DNA from: an uncultured Candidatus Saccharibacteria bacterium
GTDB taxonomy: Bacteria > Patescibacteriota > Minisyncoccia > Phycocordibacterales > UBA9973
Direction of reading: 5' to 3'
Length of the DNA stretch: 64,000 nucleotides
Assembly: GCA_964496425.1 (NCBI GenBank)
Contig: CAZBZO010000001.1
Coordinates: forward strand, 71,265 to 135,264
The position numbers and the translations under genes were made by a program. Shown here piece after piece: positions 57,974 through 64,000 of this stretch; position 1 is the stretch's first letter, and each line of letters starts with the position of its first letter. Under the pieces are notes generated by a model that worked only from the letters and a program-made list of their open reading frames with translations, had not been told where the DNA came from and ran no database searches.

Positions 57974-58705
57974 TCAAATAGTATTTTTAATCCCGCTCCA
58001 TGAGGTTATGATCTCCATTTCATCTTCCTTGGAAATAGATTTTTTGTACTTCGCATGTGATTTGCCTCTGACCCGAGCTTCGCATTCTTTCCAGGTTTTA
58101 TGAATCTCAATAAGAGTACCGACTTGACTGATATACGAGTATGCGGGAGTTTTATTTCTGGTTTTTTTCTCGCGCCCGGTCCCCGTCTCATCAAAAAGTG
58201 TCCCTCCGATAAGTTTTTCGTATGAAGGCTGGGGCCCTATAAAAAGCAGTGCGGGCGCGCCACTTGCAAATGAGGTCGCAATCTCATCGGCACGTTCATT
58301 GCCACGAAGCCCCGTATGGCCCTCTACTTTCAACCAAGATATTTCACGTTTCCGTTTTTCCCGAAATGTAACCGCCAAAAGTTCTCTCCAGATATCTTGA
58401 TTAAGAACATCTTCTCCTGTCTTTGTCTTCCATCCATTTTTCTCCCAGGCGTAGACCCAGGACTCAACACCAGAAATGAGATAGGCAGAGTCGGTATATA
58501 CAGCAATATCCCCTTCGATTTTACGATCGATGATGTACTCGAGCGCCTTACGTGCTGCAGTAAGCTCCATGCGATTATTTGTTGTTTCCGGTTCAGCACC
58601 TCCGAGTTCTGTTACCTTACCTGTGCTTGTAACAATAAGCGTTCCCCAACCCCCAGGGCCTGGATTGCCGCGCGACGCCCCGTCGGTAAAAACAATAGTT
58701 TTCAT
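57974..58705 (-). CDS. rnhA: Ribonuclease HI with a C-terminal hybrid-binding-like domain
   Basis: FTDGASRGNPGPGG, TTNNRMEL, TDS, NERAD; tail HKTWKECEARVRG..AKYKK. Confidence 0.92.
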   Translation of the reverse strand: MKTIVFTDGASRGNPGPGGWGTLIVTSTGKVTELGGAEPETTNNRMELTAARKALEYIIDRKIEGDIAVYTDSAYLISGVESWVYAWEKNGWKTKTGEDVLNQDIWRELLAVTFREKRKREISWLKVEGHTGLRGNERADEIATSFASGAPALLFIGPQPSYEKLIGGTLFDETGTGREKKTRNKTPAYSYISQVGTLIEIHKTWKECEARVRGKSHAKYKKSISKEDEMEIITSWSGIKNTI

Positions 58706-58857
58706 ACTACGATTGTATCAAAATACCTGAGTATCTACACCTAGCCAAGCTTGCAGCCTTGTCACAAAAGGGTAGGTGGCACGTCTTTGGTAGTGTATGA
58801 GGGTTTGAATGCTCTCTACATATTATTAAGATAATCATTCAATTAACTAACAGATAT

Positions 58858-59412
58858 ATGAAGAATATTAAAAAAATCGCTGGAATCGGATTGGCTGTAG
58901 CAATGCTCTTTGGAGGCTCTCTTTCGGCTTTTGCACAATCATCACTTACACCAACTACTGCATCAGCAGCTCGGGAAATGCGAGATCGTGCGGACGGTGT
59001 CCGTGGCAATCTTGAGGAAGTTCTTGCTCGTGTTACAAGCATTATGAACCGTCTTGAAGATATCAACCAAAGACTCGTCAGCGCTAACATGGACAATGCA
59101 AAAGTACAAGCTACTCTTGTAGAAGTACGTGCAAAGTATAACGATGCAGTTGTAAAAGTTGGAGCATTTAAAACAGCGCTTGCCGCTTTTGAAGCTGGTT
59201 CATCTACAACAGATCTTAAAGCCAAAGCTCTTGAAGCAAAAAATGCTCTTCGCGCATTTGTGGAAGCTATGAAAACTCTCCATGAACACATGCAATCAGC
59301 ATATGATGCAAATCAGACTGGCCGCCCAACACCAACGCAAGTAACGCCAGTAAGTGGCACACCCGTAAGTAATGCCATCCCAACAAACGTTAACAGCGCT
59401 CTTGGTAACTAA
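58858..59412 (+). CDS. Secreted coiled-coil hypothetical protein
   Basis: Signal peptide ...SAFA|Q, helical Ala-rich core, Pro/Thr tail; terminator at 59432-59461. Confidence 0.7.
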   Translation: MKNIKKIAGIGLAVAMLFGGSLSAFAQSSLTPTTASAAREMRDRADGVRGNLEEVLARVTSIMNRLEDINQRLVSANMDNAKVQATLVEVRAKYNDAVVKVGAFKTALAAFEAGSSTTDLKAKALEAKNALRAFVEAMKTLHEHMQSAYDANQTGRPTPTQVTPVSGTPVSNAIPTNVNSALGN

Positions 59413-59488
59413 AACTAAATAAAGTCACCCTAAAAACACCGCCTTTAAAGGCGGTGTTTTTCTTTTCGTAAATAAAAAAGATACAACC

Positions 59489-61168
59489 CTAAAACACATC
59501 TACCAGTCGCAAGCGAAGCTCGCCGCGACCCCGAAATCGAGAATAATCAAACGTTCCCAAAAAAGAAATAGGCTCACCCTCCACCAGCTCTTTTTTATAT
59601 GAAGCTGGCGTTGAAAAAAAGGAAATTGCTTTTATCGAACCGGCTTGATCAGCAAGTATAAGCTCAAGATGGTTTTTTTCTTTTCCAAACGTGCGAACGT
59701 TTTTAAGCAGGACCTGCTCAAAAAGAAAGAGGGGTTTTTGATTACCGAGCCCAAAGGGCGAGAGTTTTTGAAGCAGTGTGTGATTTTCTATTGTTACATC
59801 GCTAAGCGACAAGGTAGCATCATGTGGGGCGAGAGAAATCTCGCTTTTTGTTTTTTTGATTTTAGAGAATGCATCAACGAGAGTATCTTCAAGAAAATGT
59901 ACCGAATCCGTTGTAAGCGAAAAGCCTCCAGCAAGTTCATGCCCTCCAAAATCAATAAACGTATTCTCGGCACTGGTCATGAGCTCAACAACATTGACCG
60001 ATCCATCAGAACGGCACGATCCTTTAATACGCCCCGCTTTCGAAGCCTGATCTGGAGAAGTGCTTCCATCATCTCCACCCCAGACGAACGCTGGACGACT
60101 ATAGGTATCAGTAATCTTGCCTGCCACGAGCCCAAGCACCCCTGCCCGCCAGGCTGGATTGCCAATCACTATCACTTCGCGAAGCTCACGCTTTTTCAAA
60201 TGGGCATGAACATCACGCATAATAGTCGCCACCAAACTTTTTCGGTCATCGTTGATATCTGATAAATGCTGGGCCAAGGAAATCGCTTCAGCTATATCAG
60301 TTGTAGCCAATAGCTCATACGCGCGGCGTGGTGAACCCATTCGACTGGCAGCATTGATGCGCGGCGTGATCATAAACGACACATCATCCTCCGAAAGATA
60401 GGTTTGGTTGATCGCAAGCTTTGAAAGAAGCTCGCGAAGTCCCGGTCGGGGAGATTTCCGAAGTACCATCATACCAAAGTAGGCAAGCACTCTGTTTTCT
60501 CCCAAAAGCGGCACCATATCAGAGAGTGTGGCGAGTCCTGCCATATCAAGAAGCCACTTCTCCCAGCCCTTTTTTACATTCCAATATTCACCATACTTCT
60601 CTACCAACGCAACCACGACTTTCCAAGCCACGGCTGCACCGCAGAGCATTTTTTCAGGATATTCACAATCAACTTGCTTTGGATTGATGATCGCATAGGC
60701 GCGCGGAAGATCGCTGTGAGGCAGATGGTGGTCCGTAATGATCACGTCAACTCCCGCCGTTTGCGCTTCTGCCACTTCTAAAACTGCGGTAATACCAAGG
60801 TCGACGGTAATAATAAGCTTCACTCCATCAGCAATAAATTGCTTCACCGCATCCATATGAAGTCCGTAGCCTTCGTCCGCTCTGTCAGGAATATAGACAT
60901 CAAAATTGCTATAACCGATTTTTTTAAAGAAATCGGAAAAAATCACCGCGCCCGGTATACCGTCGCAGTCATAGTCGGCATACACAACGATTTTTTCTTT
61001 TGCTTCGGTCGCCTCAAATATTCGTACGCAAGCCCGCTCCATATCTTTCAAAAGAAATGGATTGTGAAGTCCGCCTTCGTATGAGGGATTGAGAAATTGC
61101 TTCCGTTGTGTTTCGTCTAAAATACCTCGCTTGCGTAGGAGCATATCGAGAAGTTCTGTGTTTGGCAT
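59489..61168 (-). CDS. recJ: Single-stranded DNA exonuclease RecJ
   Basis: DYDCDG, ITVDLG, TDHH, PRINAASRM, GSCRS, GGHELAGG. Confidence 0.96.
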   Translation of the reverse strand: MPNTELLDMLLRKRGILDETQRKQFLNPSYEGGLHNPFLLKDMERACVRIFEATEAKEKIVVYADYDCDGIPGAVIFSDFFKKIGYSNFDVYIPDRADEGYGLHMDAVKQFIADGVKLIITVDLGITAVLEVAEAQTAGVDVIITDHHLPHSDLPRAYAIINPKQVDCEYPEKMLCGAAVAWKVVVALVEKYGEYWNVKKGWEKWLLDMAGLATLSDMVPLLGENRVLAYFGMMVLRKSPRPGLRELLSKLAINQTYLSEDDVSFMITPRINAASRMGSPRRAYELLATTDIAEAISLAQHLSDINDDRKSLVATIMRDVHAHLKKRELREVIVIGNPAWRAGVLGLVAGKITDTYSRPAFVWGGDDGSTSPDQASKAGRIKGSCRSDGSVNVVELMTSAENTFIDFGGHELAGGFSLTTDSVHFLEDTLVDAFSKIKKTKSEISLAPHDATLSLSDVTIENHTLLQKLSPFGLGNQKPLFLFEQVLLKNVRTFGKEKNHLELILADQAGSIKAISFFSTPASYKKELVEGEPISFLGTFDYSRFRGRGELRLRLVDVF

Positions 61169-61230
61169 AACAGAGGAGATTGTACCATATCATAAAAACA
61201 GAATTTTACTCCCTATTCGATCAGAAAATA

Positions 61231-61629
61231 TTAGAGTGAAGTCGTGCCGTCAAAATGCTCTCCTTCGTCAGCTTCTGCATCAGCCTTCGTGGCATGGACT
61301 GTGCCATCTTTATGATTTGGCGGAGCATAGAGCGTGTAGAGCTTGAGACGCTCTGTAGCTGAAGTATTGATGATATTGTGCATCGTGCCGGCAGGTATAA
61401 TGATTGCAAAGCCGTCTTCAATATATGTCTCATTACCATCGAGGATTGCCATACCGCTTCCCGCTTCAAGACGAATGAATTGATCAAGCTGATGTACTTC
61501 CATGCCAATTTCTTCCCCGGGCAATAGACTCATCGCAACGAGTTGGCAGTGCTCCGCCGTATAGATAACTTCACGAAAGTTCTCATTTTCAACCGTTACT
61601 TTTTCAATATTGTTGATGAAGCCTTTCAT
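61231..61629 (-). CDS. Cupin-domain protein
   Basis: EIGMEVH..DQF, PAGTMHN, LYAPPNH. Confidence 0.9.
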   Translation of the reverse strand: MKGFINNIEKVTVENENFREVIYTAEHCQLVAMSLLPGEEIGMEVHQLDQFIRLEAGSGMAILDGNETYIEDGFAIIIPAGTMHNIINTSATERLKLYTLYAPPNHKDGTVHATKADAEADEGEHFDGTTSL

Positions 61630-61640
61630 CTGTATTCTAT

Positions 61641-61862
61641 TTAGATCGTAGTCTCGTGAGACTGCGTATGTGTAACTTCAGGTTTTGGAATAACAAAAAT
61701 ACAAACAATGTAAGTAATTATCCCCGGAACCAACCCAGTAACAAAAGAAATAAAAAGGCAGATAACACGTACCAAAACCGGATCAACAGCGAAATATTCC
61801 CCGAGGCCACCACAAATCCCTGCAAAAATTTTATTAGAGTTGCTTCGATAAAGTCGTTTCAT
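61641..61862 (-). CDS. PspC-domain membrane protein
   Basis: KRLYRS..KIFAGICGGLGEYF.VDP..VR. Confidence 0.92.
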   Translation of the reverse strand: MKRLYRSNSNKIFAGICGGLGEYFAVDPVLVRVICLFISFVTGLVPGIITYIVCIFVIPKPEVTHTQSHETTI

Positions 61863-61882
61863 ATATTTTCTTTTAATGAGAG

Positions 61883-64000
61883 CTAGTAATCGAGCGTTGT
61901 GCCGTCAGGCAAGATCACCGTGCCAGTGTCACAGCCTTGGAGACGATTGAGATATGAGAGCGTTGTGCGGCCGACATAACCAGTACCTTCAGTCAGCCCC
62001 CATGGATCAAGCATCACCTGATGGAATTTCTCTTGGAATGCTACGAGGCCGTAGTAGAGTGGGAGATCAAAGAGGTTAGAAAGAGTACCAATTGAGAAGC
62101 CAAGATTTTGAAGAACCAGTTTGATCTTAAGAACTTCACTTTCATTATTATGAAGGGTCAGAGAATGTTGGTTGACGAATGCCGGACACGTAGCGGTGCC
62201 ACCGCAGTTAATACTTGAAATCGTATTTGATGTTGTTGGACCAACGTATCCAGTTGGCTGAGAGAGCCCCCAGACGGTCAGAATCGAACTCGCATATCTC
62301 AACTGAAATCGATTGACTGCCTCGACATCTGCAAGTTTATATATTCCATCTTCAATCAATGCTTCATCTTGCGTTTTATTTAAGAACTGCTGCAATTTTT
62401 TCACATCAGACGCATTATTGGCTTTACCGTATTCGATATAACTTGATAAGTACGGTGCACATACAGTAACAGGGACGCTTGGAGCACTCGGAGAGCTGTC
62501 TCCCCCTCCAGAAGGAGCTGATGGAGCACTCGTATCATCCACGACTACATCTGGACTCGTAGTATCGTCAGGAGTAGTAGTATCATCTGGGACGCTAGAA
62601 CTATTATTGTTTGACCCACTATCGACTTCTTCATCCTCATCGACAACAGTAACTTCTCGACTAACCGATGCGCTACTTCCATCGCTATCTTCAACACTAT
62701 AGGTAAGTATATATACATCGGGTTCAGAAATATTTACATTACCCGAGAGGAGTATTTCGTCTGATAAATCCCCGTCTTCGGGGTCCGTAGCAGTAGCACC
62801 AGGATCCACATACGCCGTATCTACTGTTACAGAAACTTCATCTGCCCCAACAAGGTCGATGGTAGGCGGAAGATTGTTGGATTGTTCGGCCAATGTTGAA
62901 AATGTTCGATCATTTGACACCCCCTCATTGCCAGCAGCATCTTTTGATGCCATCTGGAAGTGATACACCGTATTTTGCGTAAGCCCAGAGAGTGTTACCG
63001 TGTGGGTCGTCACGCGCGGGGAGGTATTTGTTTCGGGAGTAGAACTACCATACGAGTCGCTCACGCCATAATTTATTTTAGAAGAAGAAGCCTCATTGGT
63101 TGTCCATATAATAACAGCAGAAGTTAGAGCCGGAGTAACAGAAACAAATGTAATCACCGGATCAGTCGTATCACTCGGTGGCGGTGTAGATTCGGTATAG
63201 GTAAAGGACGACGAACACAATGAAACATTCGAAGAAATGTCTGTTGCTGAAGCATAGAAGTTTGTCGTAGTGTTATCGGAGACGCTCACTGTCAAGCCTG
63301 ACGAAGCAAAGCTGGAAGCGGTACCTGTGGCTGCAATCGTTCCTGTACAATTTGAATTAGTATAGATTTTTACTGTTGAGCTCGCAGGAGCCGTACCAAA
63401 GAGCTTAGGACTATTATTATTGGATCCTGAAACAGGAGTAGAAGAAGTGATTGATGGTGTAGCAGGTAGTGGAATGCTACTGGTAGCAAAGGTCCGATCA
63501 GTTGAAGTAGCAGAATTATTAGCTGCATCTTCAGATGTAACTCTGTAGTGATAGAGTGTACCGGCCGTAAGCCCAGAGAGTGTTACCGTGTGGGTCGTCA
63601 CGCGCGGGGAGGTATTTGTTTCGGGAGTAGAAGTATAAGAGTTTGTATTCAAACCATATTCAACGAGAGACGACGCAGCTTCATCGGTTGACCATGTCAC
63701 AATGGCTGATGTTTGCGAGGGTGTTGCCGACACAGAAGAAATAATCGGATCCGTCGTATCACCTTGAGTACTTCCGTCGATCACTACGGTAATAGACGAA
63801 CTTTCATCAGAAACGTTTCCCGACGCATCTCTCGCGACGACAGAGAATACGTACGTTCCCTCTTCCAAACCTTCGATAGTCGCAGAGTTGGTTGTAACTG
63901 TCGCCACAGCATCGGTAGTCCGTTGATCTACGAGGGCAGGGGCTTTAGGTTTTGTTTGTTGTATGTTTGTATTCTGTATAGTATCTGATCCGCCAAAAAT
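61883..64000 (-). CDS. Large surface protein (FN3/Ig-like, DUF5011-like, C-terminal double PG-binding-like module); 5' end outside window
   Basis: The frame stays open from 64000 (IFGGSDTIQ...); WSTDEAASS.VEYG..HTVTLSGL; YVDPGATATDPEDGDL; C-terminus paralogous to 14182-16152. Confidence 0.8.
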   Translation of the reverse strand: MFGGSDTIQNTNIQQTKPKAPALVDQRTTDAVATVTTNSATIEGLEEGTYVFSVVARDASGNVSDESSSITVVIDGSTQGDTTDPIISSVSATPSQTSAIVTWSTDEAASSLVEYGLNTNSYTSTPETNTSPRVTTHTVTLSGLTAGTLYHYRVTSEDAANNSATSTDRTFATSSIPLPATPSITSSTPVSGSNNNSPKLFGTAPASSTVKIYTNSNCTGTIAATGTASSFASSGLTVSVSDNTTTNFYASATDISSNVSLCSSSFTYTESTPPPSDTTDPVITFVSVTPALTSAVIIWTTNEASSSKINYGVSDSYGSSTPETNTSPRVTTHTVTLSGLTQNTVYHFQMASKDAAGNEGVSNDRTFSTLAEQSNNLPPTIDLVGADEVSVTVDTAYVDPGATATDPEDGDLSDEILLSGNVNISEPDVYILTYSVEDSDGSSASVSREVTVVDEDEEVDSGSNNNSSSVPDDTTTPDDTTSPDVVVDDTSAPSAPSGGGDSSPSAPSVPVTVCAPYLSSYIEYGKANNASDVKKLQQFLNKTQDEALIEDGIYKLADVEAVNRFQLRYASSILTVWGLSQPTGYVGPTTSNTISSINCGGTATCPAFVNQHSLTLHNNESEVLKIKLVLQNLGFSIGTLSNLFDLPLYYGLVAFQEKFHQVMLDPWGLTEGTGYVGRTTLSYLNRLQGCDTGTVILPDGTTLDY
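62978..63632. repeat. Exact 67-bp direct repeat (62978-63044 and 63566-63632)
   Basis: CGTAAGCCCAGAGAGTGTTACCGTGTGGGTCGTCACGCGCGGGGAGGTATTTGTTTCGGGAGTAGAA occurs twice. Confidence 0.9.

Noticed and set aside
58730-58800. Possible riboswitch upstream of 58858
   Set aside because: Only weak pairing, overlaps divergent promoters, and no recognisable aptamer consensus
2025-61508. Numerous antisense or overlapping ORFs in the six-frame track (e.g. 2977-3534, 23527-24090, 50766-51392, 59645-60262)
   Set aside because: Shadows of well-supported genes, with no motifs or expression signals
62978-63632. DGR template/variable repeat pair
   Set aside because: The copies are identical with no adenine-specific mismatches, both lie inside the CDS, and there is no reverse transcriptase in the window
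1-64000. CRISPR array, IS transposase, intron
   Set aside because: No regularly spaced repeats, transposase ORFs or interrupted genes were recognised

Overview
The window looks like chromosome from a Patescibacteria/CPR (Parcubacteria-like) bacterium using genetic code 11. The evidence is the absence of rpmD (L30) between rpsE and rplO, short archaeal-style adk/pyrH/cmk, a split comEC, a VirD4/TrwB-like ATPase, acidic Cys/Asp-rich surface proteins and no obvious SD sites. Core content: recG 3' end, tRNA-Ile(UAU), ftsH, smpB-ssrA, ocd-csaA, a phosphohexomutase, infC-rpmI-rplT, a 6S-like RNA, ndk, the str/S10/spc ribosomal cluster (interrupted twice), rpmB, sod, rnhA and recJ. Five observations stand out. 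(1) A classic ribosome-stalling attenuator with a Pro-rich 18-aa leader peptide lies in front of ornithine cyclodeaminase, which makes proline. (2) Bacteroidota-style secreted proteins, one with a clear T9SS C-terminal sorting domain, sit in a genome that should have no outer membrane, under native-looking promoters. (3) A site-2 protease, two membrane anchors and two Sec-exported S74-chaperone fibre genes form a cluster. (4) A recurring promoter-proximal hairpin+U motif heads ribosomal-protein transcripts, while most other genes look leaderless. (5) The tRNA-Ile has a UAU anticodon. All calls come from reading the sequence; no searches were run.
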